This document shows, in pieces, positions 1 to 8,801 of a stretch of DNA of 64,000 nt. Source of the stretch: Bacteroidia bacterium (lineage in GTDB: Bacteria > Bacteroidota > Bacteroidia > Flavobacteriales_D > Sanyastnellaceae). The notes beneath the pieces were generated by a model. The model was given only the letters and a program-made list of their open reading frames with translations, had not been told where the DNA came from and did no database searches. How positions within the stretch are numbered: position 1 is the first letter of the stretch; the number at the start of each line of letters is the position of its first letter. The translations under genes and the position numbers were made by a program. The stretch spans positions 235,388-299,387 of the forward strand of contig JAUICJ010000001.1 of the NCBI GenBank assembly GCA_030427925.1, read 5' to 3'.

Positions 1-18
1 GCGTCAACTCGAATTCGA

Positions 19-1278
19 ATGGGTGGAATGAAGGCAATCGGGGCGGTGATTGCGGTGGTCTGCGCGGCTTCTGCGGGCGCTCAGGTCCATTTCCCGCCAG
101 CCGACGGCCTATGGGAAACGGTGGACCCGGTGGATTTGGGCTGGTGCCCCGAGGCCGTGGACAGCTTGGTGGCGTTTGCGGATGCGCGGGACTCGAAGGC
201 GCTGATCGTGTTGCACCAAGGCCGGATCGCGGTCGAGCACTACGCTCCGGACTTCGGGCCGGACAGCGTTTGGTACTGGGCGTCGGCGGGGAAGTCGGTG
301 CTTTCGACGCTCGTGGGCCTCGCCGAAGCGGAGGGGCTGTTGGGGCTGGACGATGCCATGAGCGCGCACCTTGGAACGGGCTGGACGTCGCTGGATTCGG
401 CGAGCGAGTGGTCGATTTCCGTGGAGCACGCGCTGTCGATGGCCACGGGGTTGGACGACGGCGTGGAGCAACCGGATTGCACCGACCCGGAGTGCTTGGT
501 GGGGCTCGCCGATCCGGGGACGCGGTGGGCGTATCACAACGGGCCGTACACGTTGCTCCACGAGGTGCTGGCTTCGGCGGTCGGGATGGGGGTGAATCCG
601 TGGTTGTGGACGCGGCTTTTCCAGCCCATCGGGGCAGCCGGGGCGTATTCGACGGTTCCGAGTTCGCCGTACAACCGGGTGTTGTTCAGCACGGCCCGGG
701 ACATGGCGCGGTTTGGGTTGTTGGTGTCCGCAGGGGGCAATTGGGATGGCGAGCAAGTGATTCCCTCGGGCTACCTGACGGACATGTTGCAGCCGCATCA
801 GCCGCTGAACCCCTGTTACGGGTGGTTGTGGTGGCTCAATTCGGGCGGATCGCACATGCTGCCGCAGCTGCAGTGGACGTTCGATGGGCCGCTGGTGGAG
901 GGGGCGCCGGCGGATTTGGTCATGGCCCTCGGGAAGAATGACCAAAAACTGCACATCTATCCCTCGCTGGACCTCGTGGTCGTGCGCATGGGCAACCCGA
1001 CGTCCTTGTCCACGTTGGCCCCATCGGCCTTCGATGCGTTGCTGTGGGAGCGCATTGCGGCGTTGCCTTGTCCCCAGAGCGTGGAGGCGCTCGACGTTTC
1101 CCAGCCCTGGCCCAACCCGGTGCGCGCGGGAAGCCCCGTGCACGGCTTGTCTCCCGGGCCGTGGACGTGGTTCGGATGGGACGGCCGCGCGGTCCAATCA
1201 GGAACGGTGGCACCGGATGTCCCCGGGGTTTATGTGCTCCGGTCGGATGGGGTGGCGCACCGCTTTGTTGTGAACTGA
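19..1278 (+). CDS. Secreted serine hydrolase (class C beta-lactamase/PBP-like fold) with T9SS C-terminal sorting domain
   Basis: 419-aa ORF starting at an ATG. It has a signal-peptide-like N-terminus (AVIAVVCAASAGAQ) and S-x-x-K (SAGK) and Y-x-N (YHN) motifs. The C-terminal ~70 aa, starting WPNPV and ending VLRSDGVAHRFVVN, resembles Por/T9SS CTDs. Confidence 0.8.
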   Translation: MGGMKAIGAVIAVVCAASAGAQVHFPPADGLWETVDPVDLGWCPEAVDSLVAFADARDSKALIVLHQGRIAVEHYAPDFGPDSVWYWASAGKSVLSTLVGLAEAEGLLGLDDAMSAHLGTGWTSLDSASEWSISVEHALSMATGLDDGVEQPDCTDPECLVGLADPGTRWAYHNGPYTLLHEVLASAVGMGVNPWLWTRLFQPIGAAGAYSTVPSSPYNRVLFSTARDMARFGLLVSAGGNWDGEQVIPSGYLTDMLQPHQPLNPCYGWLWWLNSGGSHMLPQLQWTFDGPLVEGAPADLVMALGKNDQKLHIYPSLDLVVVRMGNPTSLSTLAPSAFDALLWERIAALPCPQSVEALDVSQPWPNPVRAGSPVHGLSPGPWTWFGWDGRAVQSGTVAPDVPGVYVLRSDGVAHRFVVN

Positions 1279-1409
1279 ACGGGCGGATTTTTTGGTCCGC
1301 TCGAATTGAAATCCCCAAATTCAGCCTGAATTCGCAAAAAGCAGGGAGGCCGACCGAGCATTCGGCGCCTTTTCTGGCCAAAGTGGGGATTACAATCCCA
1401 GCGGGCCAC

Positions 1410-3701
1410 TCAATGCCGGTGCGGCACCACGTTCATGGGGACGAACTTCGAGGTCGGCGTGTTGCTCTTGCGCGCGACTCGGTCGATGGGCACAAGGACG
1501 TTCGCTTCGGGGAAGTACGTGGCAGCGCAGCCCCGCGGGATGTTGTACGGCACAACGATGAACAGCCGCGCGACCCGTTCGCGTCCGCCGCTCCGGTTGA
1601 TGAGGTCCACGAGGTCGCCCTCCTTCCAGCCGCGTTCCGCGCACTCGTCCTCGTTCAGGAAGACGACGCGGCGTTCGTTGCGGACCCCGCGGTACCGGTC
1701 GTCCAGCCCGTAAATGGTCGTGTTGAACTGGTCGTGGCTGCGCAGGGTCATCATGATGAAGTCGTGCCCTTCGAGGTCGAGGGGCTCGGCGACCGAAACG
1801 GTGAAGTTTGCCTTGCCCGTGCTGGCCGTCGGGAAATCGCCGATGCGGGCGGAATTGGGGAGGTAGAAGCCGCCCCGTTCGCGGACGCGCGCGTTGTAGT
1901 TTTCGAAGCCGGGGATGGTGCGCTCGATGAGGTTGCGGATTTGGTCGTAATCGTCCGCGAGCTCGGTCCACGGCACCGGCGCAGCCCCCAACGTCGCTTC
2001 CGCCAGCCGGCAGACGATGGCGGGTTCGCTGAGGAGCTCGTCCGACACCGGCCGCAGGTTGCCCTTCGAAGCCTGCACCACGCCCATGGAATTTTCGGTC
2101 GTCACGAACTGCCGTTCGCCCGCTGAATTCAAGTCTTCGTCCGTCCGCGCGAGGCAGGGCAGGATCATCGCTTCCTCCCCCGTCACGAGGTGCGACCGGT
2201 TCAATTTCGTCGAAACGTGGACGGTCAAGGCACACCGTTCCAGGGCTTCCGCCGTGTAGTGCGTGTCGGGCGTGGCGCTCAGGAAGTTCCCGCCCATCGC
2301 GAAGAACACGCGGATGCGCCCGTCGTGCATGGCGCGGATGCCGTCCACGACGTCGAGGCCGTGCTCGCGGGGCGGGGAGAACTTGAATTCCCGCTCGAGC
2401 GCGTCGAGCAAGGCCGCGGGCGGCTTCTCGAAGATGCCCATGGTGCGGTCGCCCTGCACGTTCGAATGGCCGCGCACGGGGCAGGTGCCGGCGCCGGGTT
2501 TGCCGATGCTGCCCTTCGCCAGCAGGAGGTTCACGACTTCTTGGATGGTCGCCACCGCGTTGCGCTGTTGGGTCAGCCCCATCGCCCAGCACGCGATGAT
2601 GCGCTTGCGCCCGCGCAGCAGTTCGAAGGCCGCCATGACGTCTTCGCGCGGGACGCCGCTGTCGGCGATGAGGTCGTCGAGCGAGGCCGCTTCGAGGTGC
2701 GCTTTCCAGGCGTCGAAGCCGTGGGTTTTCGAGGCGATGAAGTCGGGGTCGATGGCGCCGGCTTCCAGGAGGAGCTTCGAGAGGGCTTGGAGGAGCGGCA
2801 GGTCGCCGTTGATGCGGACTTGAAGGTACAGGTCGGTGAGCCGCGCTTTGAGGCCGATGGCGCCGCGCACTTGCTGCGGGTTCTTGAAGGCCACCAGGCC
2901 GGCTTCGATGAGCGGATTGACCGACAGGATGACCGCGCCGTTTTCTTTGGCTTTTTGGAGGGCGGACAGCATGCGCGGGTGGTTGGTGCCTGGGTTTTGG
3001 CCCAAAATCACAATCGCCTCCGCCTCGTAAAAGTCCTCCAACTTCACACTGCCCTTGCCGATGCCCAGCGACTCGCCCAGCGCCACGCCACTCGACTCGT
3101 GGCACATGTTGCTGCAATCCGGCAGGTTGTTCGTCCCGAACGCCCGCACGAACAGCTGGTACAAAAACGCCGCCTCGTTGCTCGTCCGCCCGCTCGTATA
3201 GAACAGCGCTTCATGCGGCGAAGCGCAGGCCTTCAAGTGCCCGGCAATCCGCTCGAACGCTTGCTCCCAGCTGATCGGCGTGTAGTGGTTCGCGCCCTTT
3301 TCGAGCACCATCGGCTGGGCGATGCGGCCCTTCTTGCCGATTTCATAATCGTTCAGTTCCGCCAAAGACGCCACGTCGTGTTCCGCGAAAAACGCGGGTG
3401 TGAGGCGCTTGCTCGTCGCCTCCTCCGCGATGGCCTTCGCCCCGTTCTCGCAGTACTCCCCGAGCCGCGAACGCTCGTCGTCCGGGTCGGGCCAAGCGCA
3501 TCCCGGGCAGTCCACCCCGCCGTGCTGGTTCAGGGAAAACAGCGATTTGACGCCCCGCGCCACGGGCATTTCCGAGAAGACGTGCTGGACGGCCACGGCC
3601 ACTCCGGTCGCGCCCGCAGCGGAATCGTCCGGAGCGCTGCGCTTGAGATCGAGCAGCTCTTCCGGCGGTTCGGGGTTCGCGCGTTTGCGGTGAGGGGCCA
3701 T
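1410..3701 (-). CDS. FdhF/YdeP-family molybdopterin oxidoreductase
   Basis: It has an N-terminal Cys cluster (GGVDCPGCAWPDPDD) followed by a typical molybdopterin oxidoreductase body and a C-terminal molydopterin-binding barrel. The 987-aa track ORF was trimmed to the ATG at 3701 (MAPHRKR...). The upstream 224 codons are Pro/Ser/Arg-rich junk overlapping fdhD and a small ORF. The start overlaps the upstream stop (TGATG). Confidence 0.85.
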   Translation of the reverse strand: MAPHRKRANPEPPEELLDLKRSAPDDSAAGATGVAVAVQHVFSEMPVARGVKSLFSLNQHGGVDCPGCAWPDPDDERSRLGEYCENGAKAIAEEATSKRLTPAFFAEHDVASLAELNDYEIGKKGRIAQPMVLEKGANHYTPISWEQAFERIAGHLKACASPHEALFYTSGRTSNEAAFLYQLFVRAFGTNNLPDCSNMCHESSGVALGESLGIGKGSVKLEDFYEAEAIVILGQNPGTNHPRMLSALQKAKENGAVILSVNPLIEAGLVAFKNPQQVRGAIGLKARLTDLYLQVRINGDLPLLQALSKLLLEAGAIDPDFIASKTHGFDAWKAHLEAASLDDLIADSGVPREDVMAAFELLRGRKRIIACWAMGLTQQRNAVATIQEVVNLLLAKGSIGKPGAGTCPVRGHSNVQGDRTMGIFEKPPAALLDALEREFKFSPPREHGLDVVDGIRAMHDGRIRVFFAMGGNFLSATPDTHYTAEALERCALTVHVSTKLNRSHLVTGEEAMILPCLARTDEDLNSAGERQFVTTENSMGVVQASKGNLRPVSDELLSEPAIVCRLAEATLGAAPVPWTELADDYDQIRNLIERTIPGFENYNARVRERGGFYLPNSARIGDFPTASTGKANFTVSVAEPLDLEGHDFIMMTLRSHDQFNTTIYGLDDRYRGVRNERRVVFLNEDECAERGWKEGDLVDLINRSGGRERVARLFIVVPYNIPRGCAATYFPEANVLVPIDRVARKSNTPTSKFVPMNVVPHRH

Positions 3702-4063
3702 CAGCAGTGCGGGTTGGGGTTGGGGAAGAGGTCGCTTTCGTCTTCGTCGCGGTCGGGGGCGAGGCACTGGAAGTCCTTCTCGATGAGGAGCTTGACTTCG
3801 GTGCCGTCCTCGAGGACGAGGGGGGAGGAGAGGCTGACTTGGTCGCTTTCGGCCCATTTGGTGGCGACGGCTTCGGGGACCTGGACGGTGAGGGTGGAGC
3901 CGTCGAGGTGCGCCGCGTAGTCGGGGCCGGCTTGAAGGGCGTAGGTGAAGGTGCCGCCGGGGAGGGGGGTGGCTTCGGCGCACCGGCCGGTGGCGGCGAG
4001 GGTGCGGACTTCGGTTTGGGAGAGGCGCAGGCGGACGGACGGGCCTTTGATCCGGAGTTTCAT
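3701..4063 (-). CDS. Conserved-looking hypothetical protein (120 aa) coupled between fdhD and the YdeP-type gene
   Basis: The ORF is clean with non-biased composition. ATGA overlap with the fdhD stop at 4060-4063 and TGATG overlap with the downstream start at 3701. I recognise no motif. Confidence 0.6.
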   Translation of the reverse strand: MKLRIKGPSVRLRLSQTEVRTLAATGRCAEATPLPGGTFTYALQAGPDYAAHLDGSTLTVQVPEAVATKWAESDQVSLSSPLVLEDGTEVKLLIEKDFQCLAPDRDEDESDLFPNPNPHC

Positions 4064-4869
4064 GGGCGTTCGGGTTCGATGCGGTGGGCTCCGGAATAGA
4101 CGTTGAAGCGGTCGTTCCGGACAAATCCCGCAAGGGTGAGGTTGCCGTCCGCGGCCAATTCGACCGCGAGGCTGGAGGGCGCGCCGACGGCCGCAACGAT
4201 GGCGGCGCCGGCGAGCCGGGCTTTTTGGATGAGTTCGAAGCTGGCGCGCCCGCTGAGGAGCACGATGCCGGGGGCGAGGGGGATGTTGCCTTCGTGGAGG
4301 AGGCGGCCGATGAGCTTGTCGAGGGCGTTGTGGCGGCCGACGTCCTCGGCGTGGGCGAGGAGCGTGCCGTCAAGGGCGAACCAGCCGGCTGCGTGGATGC
4401 CGCCGGTGGTGGCGAAGGCGCGTTGGGCTTGCCGGAGCCGATCGGGCAGGGAGCGCAACACGGCGGGGGCGACGGTGCATTCGGGGGCCGGGTAGGCGCA
4501 GGTTTGGCGCACCGCGTCGAGGGAGGTTTTGCCGCAAACGCCGCAGGATGAACTCACATAGACGTGCCGTTCGAGCTGCGCCCAGTCGGCGCGCAGTGGG
4601 GTGCGCAGGTGGACGTCGACGGCGTGGGGCTGCTCGTGGATTTGGCCCAATGCATCGGCCGTCGCAATCGCGCCTTCCGTGAAGAGGAAGCCACGGGCCA
4701 AATCCGCATCCGCCCCCGGCGTGCGCATCGTCACCGAAAGCGTCCGGCGCTCGCCCCCCTCCACGACGCGGATTTCCAACGGCTCCTCCACCGCCACCAC
4801 ATCGTCCACCGCCGTCCGCTCACCCGCCGCAAAGCAGCGCACCACGGGCGTGTTCCACGTTCCTTCCAT
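4060..4869 (-). CDS. fdhD: Formate dehydrogenase accessory sulfurtransferase FdhD
   Basis: 269 aa, with the SSCGVCGK motif and a GGIHAAG...GRHNALDK core typical of the FdhD/NarQ family. Confidence 0.88.
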   Translation of the reverse strand: MEGTWNTPVVRCFAAGERTAVDDVVAVEEPLEIRVVEGGERRTLSVTMRTPGADADLARGFLFTEGAIATADALGQIHEQPHAVDVHLRTPLRADWAQLERHVYVSSSCGVCGKTSLDAVRQTCAYPAPECTVAPAVLRSLPDRLRQAQRAFATTGGIHAAGWFALDGTLLAHAEDVGRHNALDKLIGRLLHEGNIPLAPGIVLLSGRASFELIQKARLAGAAIVAAVGAPSSLAVELAADGNLTLAGFVRNDRFNVYSGAHRIEPERP

Positions 4870-4889
4870 TCCCCCGAAAGTACGCGATT

Positions 4890-5921
4890 TCAGCCCAAAT
4901 CCTTCCCGCGCGGCTCATCCACGCTCACCACCCCCAACCGCGGATCGTGCGGCAACGCACACACCGCGCACTGCTCCAAAAACTTCCTCAGCGACTCCCG
5001 CCCCTCCGCGAACCAACCCCGCAGTTCGGCGAGGTCCTCCTTGCGGTAAATGGCGACCAGCGGTTCCACGCCGTCCCCTTCCGCTTGACGAAAGCACGTG
5101 CTTTTCCCAGTCAGCATGCGCCCCACGGTAAGCCGCTGCAGCGCTTCGGGCTTCAAGTCGGGATAATCCACCCCCAGCACGAACAAGTCGTGGTCGGGAA
5201 ACCGCTGGGCCGCGGAGAGCACGCCGCTCAGCGGACCGCAGCCCGCAAACTCAGGAGCATCGGGCAGGCCCTCGAACGGTGGATATTCCTGAGGACCGCT
5301 GATGAGCAGCGTTTCGCAATGGGGCGCAAGAAGCGCTGCGGTGTGGGCGTAGGCGGGAATTCCGGACCGCAGCAGGAAGGCCTTGTCGCGGCCCATCCTG
5401 CGGCTTTCGCCTCCCGCGAGAACGAGGCCCACCCGGGGCGGAAGCGGTTCGAAAAGTTCGGGCCGGTTTGCGGGTTCTGCGTGAAGTTGCCAGCGCTGGC
5501 GGGCCTCCTCCAACAGGAAGTCACGGATGACGAGGAAGGTCACAACGTCCTCGCGGGCCTTGGCGGCTTGAATGAAGGCGTCGATGCCGGGGGCGAACCC
5601 GCGGTTTTGGCGCACTTCGAGGGGACCGAGTTCGTCGACCAAGAGGATCCGGCATTCGGGGTGATCGAGGGCGGTCATGAGGTGCTCCAAGCCTTGATGG
5701 AACGCATTGGGATTGAGGCGAAACCGTCCGATTTCGATGGCGGGTGCACCGGGTGCGGCCGCGTAAGGCACCTCGGTTCCGGAGGGCAACAGCCGCAGCA
5801 CGCGGTGGGCGGGGTCGCCGGGCGTCAAGAAGCCGAACACATCGGACCGCTGACCGAATTGCTCCTGGAGCCAGGTGGTTTTGCCCGACTGCACCGGGAA
5901 GGACAACAACTCAATCGGCAT
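4890..5921 (-). CDS. mobA: P-loop NTPase (DUF2478/THEP1-like) fused to molybdenum cofactor guanylyltransferase MobA
   Basis: The N-terminal half has Walker A (VQSGKTT) and Walker B (ILLVDELGPLE) motifs. The C-terminal half has the MobA signature LVLAGGESRRMGRDKAFL. It sits in a molybdoenzyme operon. Confidence 0.75.
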   Translation of the reverse strand: MPIELLSFPVQSGKTTWLQEQFGQRSDVFGFLTPGDPAHRVLRLLPSGTEVPYAAAPGAPAIEIGRFRLNPNAFHQGLEHLMTALDHPECRILLVDELGPLEVRQNRGFAPGIDAFIQAAKAREDVVTFLVIRDFLLEEARQRWQLHAEPANRPELFEPLPPRVGLVLAGGESRRMGRDKAFLLRSGIPAYAHTAALLAPHCETLLISGPQEYPPFEGLPDAPEFAGCGPLSGVLSAAQRFPDHDLFVLGVDYPDLKPEALQRLTVGRMLTGKSTCFRQAEGDGVEPLVAIYRKEDLAELRGWFAEGRESLRKFLEQCAVCALPHDPRLGVVSVDEPRGKDLG

Positions 5922-6933
5922 CGGGCGGCAGGACCAGGTTCAACAAGATCCAATGCTCGAGCCCCACCAGCGGCAAGCGCCAAACAGGGTGCAGCCGCCG
6001 AGCGCGCAGAAAGGCCCACTGAAACCGCCTCCGCTGTTCACTGAACGTCGCGATGAGCTGCAAGGCCAAACCCCGTCGCGCCGCACTCGCTCGCCGCTCC
6101 ACCGCCCACCGAACGAGCGGCCCCACCCCCCAAAACAACACCCCGGTGATGACGACCGTCCGCACCACCAGCCAACCCAGTTCGTTCCAGCCCGCTCCTG
6201 CCGCGGCCAACACGGCAACCAACACAAAGAGCACGCCCCACCCTCCGCGGCGCTTCTTCCGTTCCGCAACGTTCGGCTCTTCGAACTCCGAATTGTGCCA
6301 TGCCACGGCGAGTTCAGCTCCGAGCGTTTGGGCCCGTTCAGGCCAACGACCGACCGTGGCACCGAGGAGCAGGCCCCACCCGGAATACAGGGCGAGGAAC
6401 AGGCCGAGCAGGATGGAACTTGAGAGGGGCAGTTGAAGCCCTGTGGCTGCGATTTGGCCGGATGCATAGCCGGTCAGCGCATCGAGGGCATCGATGAAGG
6501 CGTGGCCGTACACCAGGACCATCATGAGCAACTTCTGCGTCGCCGATTCGATCATCGCCAGCAAGGCAAACAGCACGGCGGCCCACCGAAACGAAGGGAC
6601 CATGCGGAACAGCAATGCCGCCACAACTCCTTGGAACGCGACCGCAACATAGGCGGTGACGGGGGAATGGGGACTGGCCAACGCCTTGATGAGCAGGATG
6701 GTCGCCGTGACTTCGAGCAGCAGCCTCGTGGACCGCTTGCTGGAAGGCGAGGTTCCGTAGAGCCCGCGTTCGTGGGCGGCCAGCACGATGAGGACGGCGA
6801 CGGCAACGCCTCCGACGGTCAATCCGGTGAACGGCAGCTTGAGCCCGTGCATGACCCCGCCCAATCCGGCCTCGGCAACGCCCCAAACCGAAGCCAATCC
6901 CCAAACCGCTGGTTGCCATCTTGCGCGCGACAT
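5911..6933 (-). CDS. Polytopic integral membrane protein, unknown function
   Basis: 340 aa with several hydrophobic helices and an ATG start at 6933. It overlaps the mobA-fusion start by 11 nt. Family not recognised. Confidence 0.6.
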   Translation of the reverse strand: MSRARWQPAVWGLASVWGVAEAGLGGVMHGLKLPFTGLTVGGVAVAVLIVLAAHERGLYGTSPSSKRSTRLLLEVTATILLIKALASPHSPVTAYVAVAFQGVVAALLFRMVPSFRWAAVLFALLAMIESATQKLLMMVLVYGHAFIDALDALTGYASGQIAATGLQLPLSSSILLGLFLALYSGWGLLLGATVGRWPERAQTLGAELAVAWHNSEFEEPNVAERKKRRGGWGVLFVLVAVLAAAGAGWNELGWLVVRTVVITGVLFWGVGPLVRWAVERRASAARRGLALQLIATFSEQRRRFQWAFLRARRLHPVWRLPLVGLEHWILLNLVLPPDAD

Positions 6934-7004
6934 GGGTGCAAGCTACATCACGCGTGGGGATGTTGGAAACGTTGGCGGCTGCGCTATTTTTGGCCTTCGT
7001 CATT

Positions 7005-7078
7005 GCGCCTATAGCTCAGTTGGTTAGAGCAGTGGACTCATAATCCATTGGTCGCAGGTTCAAGTCCTGCTGGGCGCA
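7005..7078 (+). tRNA. tRNA with CAU anticodon (elongator Met or lysidine-modified Ile2)
   Basis: The cloverleaf was read by eye. Acceptor GCGCCTA/TGGGCGC, D-arm TAGCTCAGTTGGTTAGAGC, anticodon stem GTGGA/TCCAT with loop CTCATAA (CAT at 7039-7041), T-arm GCAGGTTCAAGTCCTGC. It lacks initiator features (no GGG/CCC anticodon stem). CCA is not encoded. Confidence 0.9.
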
Positions 7079-7090
7079 CAGCGGAGAGCA

Positions 7091-7117
7091 ACCCCGGAGA
7101 GATCCGGGGTTTTTTTA
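7091..7117 (+). terminator. Rho-independent terminator after the tRNA
   Basis: CCCCGGA-GAGA-TCCGGGG hairpin (7092-7109) followed by T7. Confidence 0.75.
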
Positions 7118-7244
7118 TTTCATGATGGCACAAAAATTAAGTGACACGTGTTTGAAAGGATGTGATATGATATATTTGTGAAATACACTGTACGTTTTGA
7201 AATTCACGTCAAAATCATCGCATTCACTTGATTTCAGTTCGTCC

Positions 7245-8585
7245 ATGCTCCGATTGATTTTCATGGTTTGGGTGTTCTGCACAGGAGCTGTAGCCCCTTT
7301 GTTCGCTCAGGTTGAGGAGGTGAATCCGGTTGCGCTTCCTCAACGTGATGCCGATCGAATGATTGATAAATTACGTGACACGACGTTGCTTCCGGTCCTG
7401 GCTGAATGGCGTTTGAGTGAATTGCGGATTGCGGAGGGCCGTTCGAATTTGGCACATTGGTTTTTTGGTTTGGACACCATTTTTTGGGTGGATGGTCGGC
7501 ACGACGCCGTCAGCTGGAACACCGGATCGAAGTCCCGTTCAACTGAACAAGCCGTTGGCGTCAACCAGGGGGCATACGCCACCATGCGCCAAGGCAAGTT
7601 GTACACGCTGGGGGGGACGGGCATCTACAAGAACCACTCGAATTTGTTTGTTTTCAACGTGTTGAAGGGTTGGGATTTGTTGAAGGTGAAGGGTTTGGAA
7701 CCGGCTGCTGCTCACAACCGACGCATCGTGAATGTCGGTGAGAACGAGTGGTGGATGTTGGGGAATTTGGTGGAGCAGCAAGATGAACGCGGGGAAGTCA
7801 TTTCTCCTCGGACCATTTGGAGTTTGAACTTGGTGGATTTGCAGTGGAGTCGGGTGGCCAACATGCCCGAAAAGTTGTCGGAACTGTTGGGGGACTTTCA
7901 CGTGTACGATGCGGAGGAGTTTGCCCTCATTTTCGGGGTGTCAACCGGTGGCGTCCTGAATGTGAACTCCCGTGAATTTGTCGAAATCCCGCAGTATACC
8001 TTGGCGCGTGTGCCGCTGCACGACGCTTGGGGAGTTCGGGGTGATGTCATTCACTGGATGGTTCGGGATCCAAGAGGGGATTGGCAGGTGGATCGATTGG
8101 ACTTGAAGCAGCAGTTCGAAAATTCGAAGTCCCATCCGTTTTTCGAGCCGTTGGAACAGCAACATGCTGCATCGTGGAGGATGTATGCAGGGGGTGCTGG
8201 ATTGGTGTTGCTGGCTTTGGGCGTAGGCGGGTGGTTGAGGTTTCGAAAACAACCGAAGTCGGTGGAGGCGCCCGTGGTTGAGGGGGGGCAACAAAAGGCT
8301 AAGCCGACCAAGGTGGTTGAGGTCGATGAAGACGCTGATTACGAATTGGTGGAGCAGCTGTTGGCTCAACCCAAGCGGTTGATGAATGCGTTGGAGATGA
8401 ATGAATTGTTGGGAATCGGGCCGGAAGTATCGGAAGATTCTCAACGCAGCCGCAGGGCACGAGCCATTCGGCGGATGAATGCGGCCTTCCAATCGCGTCA
8501 CGGGGTGGCCTTCATCACGCGCGAACGCGATGCGCAAGATCGGCGACACTTGTTGTACAAGTTGGGCGACGTTCCGGAGCGATGA
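7245..8585 (+). CDS. Single-pass membrane protein: exported beta-rich (Kelch-like?) domain, TM helix, basic cytoplasmic HTH-like tail
   Basis: The track ORF starts at a TTG (7197). I prefer the ATG at 7245, which gives a signal-like MLRLIFMVWVFCTGAVAPLFAQ. A TM segment GGAGLVLLALGVGGWL lies near residue 340. The C-terminal tail is LMNALEMNELLGIGPEV...RRARAIRRMNAAF. The gene is visibly more AT-rich than its neighbours. Confidence 0.6.
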   Translation: MLRLIFMVWVFCTGAVAPLFAQVEEVNPVALPQRDADRMIDKLRDTTLLPVLAEWRLSELRIAEGRSNLAHWFFGLDTIFWVDGRHDAVSWNTGSKSRSTEQAVGVNQGAYATMRQGKLYTLGGTGIYKNHSNLFVFNVLKGWDLLKVKGLEPAAAHNRRIVNVGENEWWMLGNLVEQQDERGEVISPRTIWSLNLVDLQWSRVANMPEKLSELLGDFHVYDAEEFALIFGVSTGGVLNVNSREFVEIPQYTLARVPLHDAWGVRGDVIHWMVRDPRGDWQVDRLDLKQQFENSKSHPFFEPLEQQHAASWRMYAGGAGLVLLALGVGGWLRFRKQPKSVEAPVVEGGQQKAKPTKVVEVDEDADYELVEQLLAQPKRLMNALEMNELLGIGPEVSEDSQRSRRARAIRRMNAAFQSRHGVAFITRERDAQDRRHLLYKLGDVPER

Positions 8586-8628
8586 ACTAATTTTGCGGCC
8601 GTGCCACGCGCGCTGAAGTGGTGGATTG

Positions 8629-8703
8629 GGCCCCGTAGTTCAATGGATAGAATAGGAGTTTCCTAAACTCTAGATCCGAGTTCGATTCTCGGCGGGGCTA
8701 CCA
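8629..8703 (+). tRNA. tRNA-Arg (CCU)
   Basis: Acceptor GGCCCCG/CGGGGCT, anticodon stem GGAGT/ACTCT with loop TTCCTAA (anticodon CCT), T-arm CCGAGTTCGATTCTCGG, discriminator A. CCA is encoded at 8701-8703. Confidence 0.88.
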
Positions 8704-8801
8704 TGCTGATTGTACAAGCCGAGCAAAGCCCATCGGAATTTCGTGGGTGAGCCCGGCTTCCTTGGGTGTTCCTCCTGGATGTGCCATCCGGCTGGCTGGG
8801 C

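Noticed and set aside
1410-3701. Possible selenocysteine (in-frame TGA) in the FdhF/YdeP-type oxidoreductase
   Set aside because: The reading frame is uninterrupted and a Cys-containing N-terminal cluster is present. No in-frame TGA or SECIS-like hairpin needs to be invoked.
3702-4373. N-terminal 224 codons of the 987-aa ORF (1410-4373)
   Set aside because: The segment is Pro/Ser/Arg-rich and overlaps fdhD and the 120-aa ORF in other frames. An ATG at 3701 coupled to the upstream stop gives a normal-length (763-aa) YdeP-type protein.
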